A stretch of 63,396 nt of DNA, the filler included, from Chiloscyllium plagiosum (Eukaryota), in assembly GCF_004010195.1 (NCBI RefSeq). It is 5 parts of one record of this genome, joined end to end, with 100 filler letters (N's around TTAATTAATTAA, not from the genome) between each part and the next. Parts side by side here need not be neighbours in the genome. Positions count along the whole stretch, not along the records: positions 25,925 to 40,274 come from NC_057716.1; positions 40,375 to 49,802 come from NC_057716.1; positions 49,903 to 59,856 come from NC_057716.1; 2 more parts are not named here. One strand, 5' to 3'. How positions within the stretch are numbered: position 1 is the stretch's first letter; each line of letters begins with the position of its first letter. The notes beneath the pieces are model-generated. The model ran no database searches. It was not told where the DNA came from and worked only from the letters and a program-made list of their open reading frames with translations. A program made the translations under genes and the position numbers. Below are positions 37,885-51,680 of this stretch, one piece after another.

Positions 37885-40800
37885 ATATTGCATCTCTACA
37901 TCATCTACCAATGCAACAGGTCCACAACTGATGTCATCTCCCTCGCCCTACACTCATCCCTGGAATATCTGGACATCAAAGATACTTGTGTCAGGCTTCT
38001 ACTTATTGACTACAGTTCCACTTTCAACATCATAATTCCAAACTTTGCGAAATTCGGAGACCTGAGTCACGGCTCCCCAATCTGTTACTAGATTGTCCTG
38101 ACCCATGGACCGCAATCCATAAGTACAAATGACACCACTTCTTCCACAATAATCCTCAACACCAGTAACCTGCAAGGCTGCATACTCAGTTCCCTACAAT
38201 ACTCCTTGCACACTCATGGCAGATAGAAGCGATGAGGAATTTGCAACAGCAACAGTATATGATGGATGGCAGTTATAGGAAGGGGGGAAAGTCTCAGATA
38301 CAGTCACATAGATGGGTTAGCTCCAGGAAGGGTAAGAGAGGTAGGCACCTAACGCAGGAGTCTTTTGTGGATATACCCATTTCAAACAGGTATGCAGTTT
38401 TGGAAAATGGAGGGGGTGATGGATTCTCAGGGGAACGTAGCACGAACAGCCAAGTCTCTGGTATTGAGACTGGCTCTAATGCAACGAGGGGTACGTCGGN
38501 NNNNNNNNNNNNNNNNNNNGGATAGAGCAGATGAATGCATGGCTGAGGAGCTGGTGTATGGGAAAAAGATTCACATTTTTGGATCATTGGAATCTCTTTT
38601 GGGGTAGAAGTGACCTGTGCGAGAAGGACAAATTGCACCTAAATTAGAAGGGGACTAATATACTGACAGGGAAATTTGCTCGAACTGCTTGGGAGGATTT
38701 AAACGAGTAAGGTGAGGGGGTGGAACCCAGGGAGATAGTGAGGAAAGAGATCAATCTGAGACTGATACAGTTGAGAACAGAAGCGAGTCAAACAGTCAGA
38801 GCAGGCAGGGACAAGGTAGGACTAATAAATTAAATTGCATCTATTTCAATGCAAGGGGCCTAACAGGGAAGGCAGATGAACTCAGGGCATGGTTAGGAAC
38901 ATGGGACTGGGATATCATAGCAATTACAGAAACATTGCTCAGGGATGGACAGGACTGGCAGCTTAATGTTCCAGGATACAAATGCTACAGGAAGGATAGA
39001 AAGGGAGGCAAGACAGGAGGGGGAGTAGCATTTTTTATAAGGGATAGCAGTACAGCTGTGCTGAGGGAAGATATTCCCGGAAATACATCCAGGGAAGTTA
39101 TTTGGGTGGAACTGAGAAATAAGAAAGGGATGATCACCTTATTGGGATTGTATTATAGACCCCCTAATAGTCAGAGAGAAATTGAGAAACAAACCTGTCA
39201 GGAGATCTCAGGTATCTGTAAGAATAATAGGGTAGTTATGGTAGGGGATTTTAACTTTCCAAACATCGACTGGGACTGCCATAGAGTTAAAGGTTTAGAT
39301 GGAGAGGAATTTCTTGTACAAGACAATTTTCTGATTCAGTATGTGGATGTACCTACCAGAGAAGGTGCAAAACTTGACCTACTCATGGGAAATAAGGCAG
39401 GGCAGGTGAGTCAGGTGTCAGTGGGTGAGCACTTTGTGGCCAACGACATAATTCTATTTGTTTTAAAATAGTGATGGAAAAGAATAGACCAGATTTAATA
39501 GATGAAGTTCTAAATTGGAGAAAGGCCAATTTTGACAGTATTAGGCAAGAACTTTCAAAAGCTGATTGGAGGCAGATGTTCACTGGTAAAGGGATGGCTG
39601 GAAAATGGGAAGCCTTCAGAAATGAGTTAACAAGAATCTAGAGAAAGTATATTCCTGTCAGGGTGAAAGGAAAGGCTGGTAGGTACAGGGAATGCTGGAT
39701 GACTAAAGAAATTGAGGGTTTGGTTTAAAAAAAGAAGGAAGCATATGTCAGGTATAGACAGGATAGATGAGTGAATCCTTAGAAGAGTATAAAGGAAGTA
39801 GGAGTATACTTAAGAGGGAAATCGGGAGGGCAAAACAGGGGCATGAGATAGCTTTGGCAAATAGAATTAAGGACAATCCAAAGGGTTTTTACAAATATAT
39901 TAAGGACAAAAGGGTAACTAAGGAGAGAATAGGGCCCCTCAAAGATCAGCAAGGCAGCCCTTGTGTAGAGCCACAGAAAATGGGAGAGATACTAAACGAG
40001 TATGTTGCATCAGTATTTACTGTGGAAAAGAATATGGAAGATTTTATAAATGACCTGGAAGAGGGGTTAGAAGGTTGGATGAGCAAGTTTGCGGATGATA
40101 CGAAAGTCGGAGGAGTTGTTGACAGTGAGGAAGGATGTGGCAGGTTACAGCGGGATATAGAGAAGCTGCAGAGCTGGGCAGAAAGGTGGCAAATGGAATT
40201 CAATGTAGCTAAGTGTGAGGTGATTCACTTTGGGAAGAATAACAAAAAGATGGCGTACTGGGCTAATGGTCGGANNNNNNNNNNNNNNNNNNNNNNNNNN
40301 NNNNNNNNNNNNNNNNNNTTAATTAATTAANNNNNNNNNNNNNNNNNNNNNNNNNNNNNNNNNNNNNNNNNNNNTTTTCCCTGGAGCGTCGGAGGCTGAG
40401 GGGTGGCCTTATAGAGGTTTACAAAATTGTGAGGGGCATGGATAGGATAAATAGACAAAGTCTTTTCCCTGGGGTCGGGGAGTCCAGAACTAAAGGATAT
40501 AGGTTTAGGGTGAGAGGGGAAAGATACAAAAGAGACCTAAGGGGCAATGCTTTCACACAGAGGGTGGTACATGTATGGAATGAGCTGCCAGAGGAAGTGG
40601 TGGAGGCTGGTACAATTGCAACATTTAAGAGGCATTTGGATGGGTATATGAATAGGAAGGGTTTGGAGGGATATGGTCTGGGTGCTGGCAGGTGGGACTA
40701 GATTGGGTTGGGATAACTGGTCGGCATGGACAGGTTGGACCGAAGGGTCTGTTTCCATGCTGTACATCTCTATGACTCTATGACTCTATGACTCTATGGC

Positions 40801-41600
40801 CGTGTGGCTAAATTCTGCCCCAACACCCTTTACAAGTTTGTCGATGACATCCCTATTGTAGGTCGGATTTCAAACAACAAGGAGGCAAAATACAGGAAAG
40901 AGATTGAGTGCTTAGCGGCTTAGTGTAAAGGCATCAATCTCTCCATCAACATCAGCAAAATGAAGGAGCTGGTGATTGACTTCAGGAAGTGGAGTGGAGA
41001 GCAAGCCCCTATCTGTATCAATGTGTGCTGTGGTGGACATGGTCAACAGTGTCAAGTTCCTGGGAGTAATGCTCACCAACAATCTGTCCTGGTCCACCCA
41101 CGTTGATGTTCTGGTCAAGAAAGTACAACAAGGCCTCTACTTTCTCAGGAGGCTATGAAAATTTGACGATTCCACAGCGACTCTTACCAATTTTTATAGG
41201 TAGCACTCTAACTGCTCTTCCCAAGACTGCAGGAAACTGTGGAGAGTTGTGAACACAGTCCAGTCCATCACGCAAACCGGCCTTCCATCCATTGACTCCA
41301 TCTATACTTCCCACTGCCTGGGGAAAGCAACCACCATAATCAAACACTCCTCCCACCCCAGTTATACTCTCTTCTACCTTCTACCTTTGGGCAGAAGATA
41401 TAACAGTTTGAATACATGTATCAATAGATTCAAGAGCAGCTTCTTCCCTGCTGTTATCAGACTTTTGAATGGATCGCTCCAACATCAAGTCTGATCTCTC
41501 TTCATCTTCTATGCAGCTGTAGCATTGTAATCTGCACTCTGTTCTGTTACCCTGATGCATTTTGTATGGTACAATCTGCCTGTACAATTCCATTTTAATA
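37885..41600 (+). mobile_element. Rex1/Babar LINE (37885-38220 and 40796-41600) split by CR1
   Basis: NRSTTD.ISLALH...LD....[16 protein letters not shown]; continues with KFVDD, KELVIDFRK, VKFLGV.LTNNLSWSTHV. Confidence 0.85.
38221..40795 (+). mobile_element. Long CR1 (ORF1 C-terminus, APE endonuclease, partial RT, tail), gapped and possibly chimeric
   Basis: YFNARG, IAITET, GGGVA, YYRPPN, VGDFNFPNIDW, KFADDTK; (ctatga)n tail. Confidence 0.9.
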
Positions 41601-41924
41601 ATAAAAATCAATGATTTCCCACCTCCAAAGGGTTTCCCTCCTTATGCAGCCAAGATGTAGTTTTCCACTTCTTTGTGGACAAAACAAATGTTGTGCCAAC
41701 ATTCACAGCACAACATACAATGCAAAACTCTTGCACATTCTCTTAAATAAACCCCTATGGCTGTGGGCTTAATATGTCCTTTTACCAAAACTGCAATTAG
41801 GTTATGAGATTCCCAATCTTTTAAAAGTCTTAAAAATTCTTCTAACTTTCTTCTTCTGTTGGATTATTTCCTCATATTTTTAAAATTTGAATTTTGTCCC
41901 CTTTTCCCATACAAGTCTTGCTCT

Positions 41925-42575
41925 CTGCACTCTGAAAGTTGCCACCCAGATTGACAGGGTTGTTAAGAAGGCATACAGTATTTTGACCTTAATTAATAGA
42001 GGGATTGAGTTCCGGAACCAGGAGGTTATGCTGCAGCTGTACAAAGTTCTGGTACGGCCACACTTGGAGTATTGTGTACAGTTCTGGTCACCGCATTATA
42101 AGAAGGATGTGGAAGCTTTGGAAAGGGTGCAGAGGAGATTTACTAGGATGTTGCCTGGTATGGAAGGAATGTCTTACGAGGAAAGGCTGAGGGCCTTGAG
42201 GCTGTTCTCGTTAGAGAGAAGAAGGTTGAGTGGTGACTTAATAGAGACATTTAGATAATCAGAGGGTTAGATAGGGTGGACAGGGAGAGTCTTTTTCCAA
42301 GTATGGGGACGGCAAACACGAGGGGGTACGACTTTAAAGTGAGGGGAGATAGGTATAAGACAGATGTCAGAGGTAGTTTCTTTATTCAGAAGTAGTAAGG
42401 ATATGGAATGCTTTGCCTGCAACGGTAGTAGATTCAACAAGTTTAAGTGCATTTCAGTTGTCATTGGACAGGCATATGGACGTACACGTAATAGTGTAGG
42501 TTGGATGGGCTTCAGATTAGTATAGCCGAAGGGCCTGTACTGCGCTGTAATGTTCTATGTTATATGTTCTATGTT
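41925..42575 (+). mobile_element. CR1 3' part
   Basis: LYK.LVRPHLEYCVQFWSP motif and (ttctatg) tail. Confidence 0.9.
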
Positions 42576-42739
42576 CACTCTATCTGTGCTTTGTGAAGCC
42601 TATTCATGATAGCAGTGATACTTGTTTTGGAAAGTAAGGACTCAGTTTAATTTCATTGCTTACTCAATCTTTTGTGCCTTTATTGTAATTTTTTTCACCT
42701 TTCACTGAGGTAAATATACAATATATATTTTACAATGAA

Positions 42740-43570
42740 TGACGGAACCCTTAGAAGTATGAACACAAAGAGGGATCTAGGCATATATCCATAGTTCCCC
42801 AAAAGTGGCAACACAAATGGATAAGGTGATCAAGAAGATATAATTTGAAGCTTTCAATTAAACCTGTTGGACTATAACCTGGTGCTGTGTGATTTCTAAC
42901 TTTGTACACCCCAGTCCAACACCGACATCTCCAAATCAAGAAGATATATAGCATGCTTGCCTTCATCAGTTGGGCGCAGAGTATAAATATTGGCAAGTTA
43001 TGTTGCAACTGTACAGAATTTTAGTTAGCCCACATTTGGAATGTTGTGTGTAGTTCTGGTCGCCAAATGACCAGAAGGATGTGAAAACTTTGGAGAGGAT
43101 ACAGAGACAGTTTATCAGGATTTCGCCTGGTTTGGAAGGTATTAGCTGTGAAGAGCAATTGGACAAAATTAGTTTGTTTTACTTGAACATCAAAGGATGA
43201 GGGATGACCTGACAGAAGTTTACAAAGTTATAAAAGGCATGTGTAAAATGGATAGCCGGAGTCTTTATCCCAGGGTAGAAAAGTCAATTATTGGACAATT
43301 AGCGTTAAGTTACAAAGGGTAAGTATAAAGGAGATGTAACAGGCAAATGTTTACACAGAGGATGGTAAGTGCCTGGAATGTGCTGCCTGAGGAGGTGGTG
43401 GAGGCAGATACAATAACAATATTGAAGAGGCATCTTGAAAGATAAATGAATAGGCAGGGAATAGAGGGATATGGACCATATAGAGGCAGAAGATTTTTAG
43501 TTCAGAAAAGCATCATGTGTCAGCACAGTTCTGGTGGGCCAAAGGACCTGATTCTGTGCTATAATGTTCT
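42740..43570 (+). mobile_element. Older CR1 3' part
   Basis: Decayed ORF2 C-terminus and 3'UTR. Confidence 0.8.
42843..42934 (+). mobile_element. Family B PLE-derived tail insertion
   Basis: TSD atcaagaagatata at 42829-42842 and 42935-42948. Confidence 0.85.
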
Positions 43571-43589
43571 TTGTATCTCCACCTCCAAA

Positions 43590-44730
43590 TTCCAGAGGTG
43601 AGGTGAGAGTGACAGCCCTTGACATCAAAGCCACTTTTATCTGTATATGGCATCAAGGAGCCCTGGCAAAACTGGAATCAATGGTTATCAGGGGACAAAC
43701 ACTGGTTAAAGTCATACCTGGCACAAAGGGAGATGGTTGTGGTTGTGGAGGGTCAGTTACCTCAGTTCCAGGACATCACTGCAGGAGTCCATCAGGGTGG
43801 TGTCCTGGGCCCAACAATCTTCAGCTACTTCATCAATGACCTTCCCTCTGTCATAACGTCAGAATTGGGGATGTTTACCGAAAATTGCACAGTGTTCAGC
43901 ACCATTCGCGACTCCTCTGATACTGAAGCAGTCCGTGCTCAAATGTCATAAGATCTGGACAATATCCAGGCTTGGACCGACAATGGCAAGTAACATTCGC
44001 GCCACACAAATATCAGGCAATGACCATCACCAATAAGAGACACTCTAACCACCGCCCATTGGCATTCAATGGTATTACCATCACTGAATCCCCCCCTGTC
44101 AACATCCTTGGGGTTGACCAGAAACTCAACTGGGCTCATCACATAAACACAGTGGCTACAAGAACAGGTGAGAGACTAGGGATACTGTGGCGAGTAACCC
44201 ACCTCTTGACACCCCAAAGTCTATCCACCATCTACAAGGCACAAGTCAGGAGTGTGATGGATTACTCCCCACTTGCCATTCCAACAACACTCAAGAAGCT
44301 TGACACCATCCAGAACAAAGCAACCCACTTGATTGGCACCACATCCACAAACATTCAATCCCCTCACCACTGGCGCTCAGTAGCAGCAGTATGTACTATC
44401 TACAAAATGCACTGCAGAAATTCACCAAAGATCCTGAGACAGCACCTTCCAAACCAATGACCACTTCTTCCTAGAAGAAGGGCAGCAAGTACTTGGGAAT
44501 ACCACCATCTGCAAGTTCTCCTCCAATCACTTACCACCCTGACTTGGAAATATACCGCTTTTCCTTCACAGTCTTTGGGTCAAAATCCTGGAATTCCCTC
44601 CCTACTGGGACACAGCAAGTGGACAGCAGCGATTCAAGAAAGCAGCTCACCACCACCTTCTGTAGGACAAATAGGAATGGGCTATCAATGCTGGCCAACG
44701 AGTGAGATCCAAGTCCCACAAATGAATTTA
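43590..44730 (+). mobile_element. Second CR1-group LINE family, RT to 3' end
   Basis: ALDIKA.F, GV.QG.VLGPTIFS.FINDL, WQVTFAPHK, IYKAQVRSVM.YSPLA; distinct 3'UTR also seen at about 1480-1570, 35180-35450 and 47680-47880. Confidence 0.75.
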
Positions 44731-46729
44731 AAAAATTGCTCCCACAGAGGTTTTTTCTAGAAGGCCTATGTATCTTTCAGGTGTGGCTAGCTTTTACTCT
44801 TTACACAGTTTCCTTGTGCCTCTCACCAGCCCTGGGGTGAAGGTTTCCTCAAGGACTGCTCCTTCGGCCCTGCTGATGTTCCCACAATGCTGGTGACTGT
44901 TAGTCATCACATTTCAATTGTTGATTGACTGTCTGTGTCTCCTTAAAGTGGAAATTATCTTAACATGGTAATGTTCTTAATGTAGCAACACACACGGTTA
45001 AATGGATCCACTCTACTGTTGAAGCATTTCAACACAAGTGCCCATCGCTAATCACCATGTCATATTAGGCTCGGAGTACATGCCACTGGTGGACTATAAC
45101 TGGGGTAGTTCACTGTCACTAGTCCTCCTTTCTATACTGAGTCTAAGGGACTTTTTAAATTACATATGGTAGATTATTAAACACTAGAAATTCTTAACAA
45201 GAAGAGATATTCACCTTACATAACAAGGCATAGTATATGAAACAGTATCTATAAGTGCAATTGATATGAACTGGTCAGGCACAATGACAACTGTCAAGAA
45301 ACAGAGATGACACATTTGCCTCCATCAGGGCCTCAAACTAGCCTGTATGATTCTCCATCCAGTGTGGCATTATCTGGTGGAGTGGACCTTATGCAATTTC
45401 AGCATTTACTCTTTCTGAGTCATTACCTTATATTAACAGACCACCCATTATTTCAGTAGATTCACATGATATGAAATGTCCCAAGGCACTATTCAAACTT
45501 TGAGCAGGGCATTTCTCTTGGGTCAACAATTCTTCTTCAGCTAACTCTGCCAAAAGCAGAGAAAGCTGAGCAGTTCTGTTCAGTGGGAATTTGCTGTGAA
45601 TGAAATTGGCAGACACATTTAACTAAATAACAATGGTGACTTAATTTTGTTGACTGCAGAGCACTTTGGGAGGGTGTAAAAGTCTTTAGATAAATCATGT
45701 TCTTTCTTCTCTTTGCCATTAAATACAAATTCATGAATATGACTGAGCCATAAGCAAGTGAGGCTTTCATTCACAACAGTTGGTCTGATGTTTGCTACGT
45801 TGAGAATTATTTCACATAATTAATTATTCTAAATCAAGATTTGATGATTAATGAATAACTGAACTAAACTCAGACTAATAAAACAAAACCATTCTGACAG
45901 GTTGCATGGAAAACCAATTAGTGAGCCATTTTAGGATAAAAAGTGCAGAAGAAGTCTTGAAATGCGCAATAAGTGTTCAATTATTTGTATCAAGCTCAGT
46001 TCCTTTTGAGTAGTACAGACAGGCCATTTATTTAATTATGTCAATGTGTAAGTGAAAAATATTCAAGCTGCAGTTATTGCCAATCATTTTCACAGTTAAA
46101 ATAAAACCAGCTCAGCCTCATAACTCCAAATCTAATCTGTAAATCCTGGGTGACAATGCTTCAAGGTTCAGATGAGACCACAATTAATTTCCCATTGTGG
46201 AACCTACATCAGGAAAGTACATTGGGGTGTAGAAATTGTAAACAGCCCTACATCCTTACAGTGTTATCAAAATAAATGAAAACTAATGGCTACAGCAGCA
46301 AAGCTGACACTCACATCATGTGTGATTGTACTGCCCTCACTCTCCCTTCCAAAGAATTACTTTGCCATATTTCATACTTCATACTGAAGACCGTTATTAT
46401 GATTAACAGTGGTGAGGCTGTTTCATTTCTTTTATACATAAATGCCAATAATTCAAATATTTGCATTTATGGCAAAACCGTTTGTGGTGCAGTTGATAAA
46501 GTGGCTAGAAAAAGAAAAGATTTGCAATTATACCAGAAATTAGATCCTGTATAACCTCTTTATTTAAGCCCCGCAGCATCAGCAAAATGCCTTCCCCTTA
46601 TCATTGTCTGATGTCGCAATAAAGATTCCCCGGGGACCAGGAGGCAAGTTCACTTGATCCAGACAAAAATAGCAATGCTTCGGTTAGTTGCAAGAAGGCT
46701 ATAGGTTCATAAAACAACACTGGGAAACT

Positions 46730-47110
46730 TGAACACATTATCCAGGCTGACAATTCAGTGCAGTACTGAGGGAGAATTGCACTGTCTAAAGTGCTGTCAT
46801 TCAGTGGAGATTTTAGAGATTTTGTCTGCTCAGTCATAAAAAAAAGTCCCACAGCCATTACTTTGAAGAGTAGGTGTGCCTTCTGATAGCAGCTCTCCGC
46901 TCCTCAATGCCGTTGTTAAGCTTTATCCAATACTATTAAATAGGTGATTTGAATTGATCAGTACACTAGCTGCCTGGTTCTCATTCATTACGATAATGAT
47001 TATATTTCAAAGTATTTTATGGTATACAGTGAACCATCCATAAAGCATTTTGAAATATGCTGAGGATGTAAAAGGTGTTGCACAAAATGCAGTCGCTTTG
47101 TCTTTCTTCC
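46730..47110 (+). mobile_element. DeuSINE-like remnant
   Basis: 'ccaggctgaca..tcagtgcagtactgaggga' head region and L2-like tail. Confidence 0.6.
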
Positions 47111-47884
47111 CATAATATAGACAATATGCAGTGTGTCAAAACCATTGAACAAGTTACTTCAAACTGTCTCTTGCATAAATGTCACACTTAGCAGTGTGAT
47201 TCAACACTCATCTGAAATGAAGGCAGCTCAAATCTTGCATATGGAGCCTGTAAGTTTCAATGTACTGACTCTGCAGTTTAGCAAAACTGACTTAGGTTAA
47301 AATTTATGCTACAGTGTACATTGGAATCAGAATAAAGTCAATACATTTTCAATATATTTTCCATGAATCAAGGATTTGGTGAATTTATTTTGAAAAGAAA
47401 TGCGTATCTGACTTCATTTATTCCTGCTGCAATTTCTTATAAGCACAATTATAAGTAAAGTACCCACTACCACATGTGTTGCATCAATCATGGCTTTGTG
47501 TGCTGTACTGTTAATCTCTGTGGATCCAAGTCATACTCCATAGACTTCAACAAATAACCTAGGCTGATATCCAATAGAGGAGAGAATTTAATTATCTCCC
47601 CTTGACATTACATTACTACATTTCCCAATATCAATATTCAGGTGTTACTGGCACACAGCAGAATGGATATAAAAGGGATTTTCTTTATTCACTCTTGGGG
47701 TGTGGATACACTGGCTGGGCCAGCGTTTGTTGTCCATTACGAAGTGCCCTAGGGATGATGGTGGAGAGCTACCATGTTGAACTGGAATTCATTTGGTGCA
47801 GTTTGACCCACAATGCCATTAAGGAAAGGGCTCCAGAATTTTGACCCAATGGCACTGGAGGCATGGCGATACATTTCCAAGTGT

Positions 47885-50715
47885 GATAAAGTGGGATGTA
47901 AAAGGAGTTGGGTGTTGCATTACTGATTCAGGAGAATGTAGCAGCTGTACTAAGAAAAACTATGTTGGAGGGCTCATCCAGCAAGGCCAAACAGATAGAA
48001 CTCAGGAATGAGAAAGGTGCAGTCACTATGATGGGGTTATACTATAAACCTCCCAATAGCCAGAGGGAGGTAGAGGAAAAGGGATATACATAGATCATTG
48101 AAAGATATAAAAAATAACAGGGCTGTTGTAATGGGAGACTTTTAACTACCCCCATATTGATTGAGACTCTTTTAGTGCCAGGGATTATATAGGACAGAGT
48201 TTGTTAGGTGCATCCTGAAGGGTTTCTTGAAACAACATGTACAAAGTCCAACAAGTGAAGAGCCCATACTGGACCTTGTATTGGAGATTAAAACTGGCTG
48301 GTGATTGAGGTTTCAGTGGGGGGAGTATTTTGGTAACAGTGATCATAATTCAGTAAGTTTTAAGATAGTTATGATTAAGGATAAGATTGATCGATGGGTG
48401 AAAGTGTTAAATTGGCTGAAAGCTATTTACAACAACAGGGCTGGCACAAACTGGAGAAATTATATTGGAACATTGGGTATAAAAGTTAATAAGTCATGTT
48501 GCAGCTGTTTAAAGCTTTGGTTAGGCCACATTTGGAGTATTGTATGCAGTTCTTGTTGTCACACTATTGGAAGGATATGGAGACGTTGGAGAGCGTGCAA
48601 AAGAGGATGTTGCCTGGATTGGAGTGTATCAGCCATAACAAGAGGTAAAACAGATTTAGAGTCATAGAGTCATAGAGATGTACAGCATGGAAACAGACCC
48701 TTCAGTCCAACCCGGCCATGCCGACCAAATACCCCAACCCAATCTAGTCCCACCTGCCAGCACCCAGCCCATATCCCTCGCAATAAGAAAGGTGCAGTCA
48801 CTATGATGGGGTTATACTATAAGCCAGTTGTTGCGAGTGATGAATAATTATGTCCCTCTGAGACAGGCAAGAAGGGGTAAGATAAAGGAACCTTGGATGA
48901 CGAGAGCAGTGGAGCTTATTGTCAAAAAAAAGAAGGTAGCTTACATAAGGTGGAGGAAGCTAGGGTCAAGCTCAGCTCTAGAGGATTACAGGCATGTGAG
49001 GAAGGAGCTCAAAAATGGTCTGAGGAGAGCCAGGAAGGGGCACGAGAAAGGCTTGGCAGAACGGATTAGGGAGAACACAAAGGCATTTTGCATTTATGTG
49101 AGGAATAAGAGAATGGTCAAAGAAAGAGTAGGGCCAATCAGGGATAGCAGAGGGAACTTGTGTGTGGAGTCTGAGGAGGTAGGGGAAGCCCTAAATGAGT
49201 TTTTTGCTTCTGCCTTTACAAAAGAAACGAACGTTGTAGTGAATGAAACCTTTGAAGAGCAGGTGTGCATGCTGGAATGGATAGATTGTCAAACATTAAG
49301 ATTGACAAGTTGCCAGGCCCGGACCAGATTTGTCCTCGGCTGCTTTGGGGAACAAGAAATGCAATTGCTTCGCCACTTGCGAAGATCTTTTCATCCTCTC
49401 TCTCCACTGGAGTCGGATCTGAGGACTGGAGAGAGGCAAATGTAATTCCTCTCTTCAAGAAAGGAAATAGGGAAATCCCTGGCAATTATTTATGACCATC
49501 TGGAAGAGCATGGCTTGATTAAATGCAGTCAACACGGCTTTGTGAGGGGCAGGTCATGCCTCACAAACCTTATCGAGTTCTTTGAGGATGTTACTAGAAA
49601 AGTTGATGAGGGTCGAGCTGTGGATGTGGTGTATATGGACTTCAGCAAGGCATTTGATAAGGTTCCCCATGGTAGGCTCATTCAGAAAGTCAGGAGGAAT
49701 GGGATTCAGGGGAACATAGCTGTCTGGATACAGAATTGGCTGGCCAACAAGACAGCAAGTGGTAGTAGGAGAATATTCTGCCTGGAAGTCTGTGGTGAGT
49801 GGNNNNNNNNNNNNNNNNNNNNNNNNNNNNNNNNNNNNNNNNNNNNTTAATTAATTAANNNNNNNNNNNNNNNNNNNNNNNNNNNNNNNNNNNNNNNNNN
49901 NNATGGAGTTTAATTTAGATAAATCTGAGGTGCTGCATTTTGGAAAAGCAAATCAGAGCAGGACTTATACACTTAATAGGAAGGTCCTAGGAATGTTGCT
50001 GAACAAAGAGACCTTGGAGTGCAGGTTCATAGTTCCTTGAAAGTGGAGTCGTAGATAGATAGGATAGTGAAGAAGGCGTTTGGTATGCTTTCCTTTATTG
50101 GTCAGAGCATTGCGTATAGGAGTTGGGAGGTCATGTTGTGGCATTGGTTAGGCCACATTTGAAATATTGCCTGCAATTCTGGTCTCCTTCCTATTGGAAA
50201 GATGTTGAGAAACATGAAAGGATTCAGAAAAGATTTAGAAGGATGTTGCCAGGGTCGGACAATTTGAGCTATAGGGAGAAGCTAAATAGGTTGGGGCTAT
50301 TTTCCCTGAAACATTGGAGGCTGAGGGGTGACCTTATCGAAAGATATAAAACCATGAGGGGCTTGGATAGGATAAATAGCTAAGGTCTTTTCCCTGGGGT
50401 GAGGGAGTCCAGAACTAGAGGGTATAGGTTTAGGGAGAGAGGGGAAAGATATAAAAGGGACCTAAGGGGCAACTCTTTGACGCAGAGAGTATTGTGTGTA
50501 TGGAATGAACTGCCAGAGGATGTGGTGGAGACTGGTACAACTGCAGCATTTAAAAGGCATCTGGATGGGTATATGAATGGGAAGGATTTAGAGGGATAAG
50601 GGTCAGGTGCTGGCAAATAGAGCTAAGTTAATTTAGGATATCTGGTCAGCATGGACGTGTTGGATTGAAGGGTCTGTTTCCGAGCTGTACTTCTTTATGG
50701 CTGCATGACTCTATT
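47885..50715 (+). mobile_element. Cluster of CR1 fragments (includes an inverted tail at 48655-48780 and a gap)
   Basis: Endonuclease, tether and RT motifs (SQHGF..GRSCLTNL.EFF, YMDFSKAFDKV) and 3'UTRs. Confidence 0.85.
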
Positions 50716-50899
50716 AACTTTTTACAGGAAAAGCCAGGAAAGACTCAATGTCAACAATGTGTAGTTTTACAGAACTTCAGCACCATGAACAGCTCCCAGT
50801 GCCTCACGTAAGGCAAGCTTGAAGCCCCTTTCTTTTAATAAACATATTTTGGAGTGGAGCCATATGCAATGTAGTAGACACAGTAGCAAATTTGAATCA

Positions 50900-51235
50900 G
50901 AATCAAAGAACATCTACAGTCTGGAAAAAGGCCTTTCAGCCCATCAGGTCTGTAATGACTACTCAAAGAACAACCCACCCAGAACCAGCTCCTACCCTAT
51001 CCCTGTAATCCTGCATTTCTCATGGCTAATCCACCTAACCTACACATCCCTTGACACTATGAACAATTTAGCATGGCCATTCCACCTAACTGGACAGTGG
51101 GAGGAAACCAGAGCACCCAGAGGAAACTCACACAGACATGGGGAGGACACGCAAACTCCACACAGACAGTTGCCCGAGGGTGGGTTCCTGACGCTGTGAG
51201 ACAGCAGTGCTAACCACTGAGCCACCATACCCACA
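50900..51235 (-). mobile_element. HE1/V-SINE-like SINE
   Basis: Consensus match. Confidence 0.8.
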
Positions 51236-51254
51236 TTGCAAGCTCCCACAAACA

Positions 51255-51680
51255 GCAAAATGAAAACAAAAATGGGAAGTCTTGGAAATACTCAGCATGT
51301 CAGGCAGCATCTGAAGAGGGAAAAAGACAGAGTTAATGTTCCAAGTCCAATGACCCGTCATCATAACATTAGTTGGGACTTGACCTGTGACCTTCTAACT
51401 CAACATAATGAGCCACAGCTGACACGCTCAAGAGTCACCTGGAGCAGGAAGGAGATGACTGATGTCTCTGCTGCTGGAACTAGATGAGGATGCAGTCATA
51501 CTCACATGCTCGCACAAAGCTCCTGACACAGAAAGAGGCCACAATATAATAAAATAAAGCTGTGGATGTTGGAATTCTGAAACAAAAACAGAGATTGCTG
51601 GAGAAGCTCAGCAGGTCTGGCAGCATCTGTGGAGAGACAACAAGAGTTAATGTTTTGGATCCAGTGACCTTTCTTCAGAA
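51255..51680 (-). mobile_element. Two older PLE-derived tails (51255-51365 and 51550-51680)
   Basis: 'gatgctgcc.gac.tgctgag' tail; second copy retains CTGAAGA-AAGGTC-ACTG-GATCC-AAAA. Confidence 0.65.

Noticed and set aside
39767..40330. ORF fusing the CR1 tether directly to late RT motifs as a novel compact ORF2
   Set aside because: The junction near 40041 skips RT core motifs and lies next to a gap; a deletion, nested insertion or misjoin is more likely
48786..48822. 37-bp identity with 48011-48047 as a locally templated insertion
   Set aside because: Equally explained by an internally deleted second CR1 copy of the same subfamily
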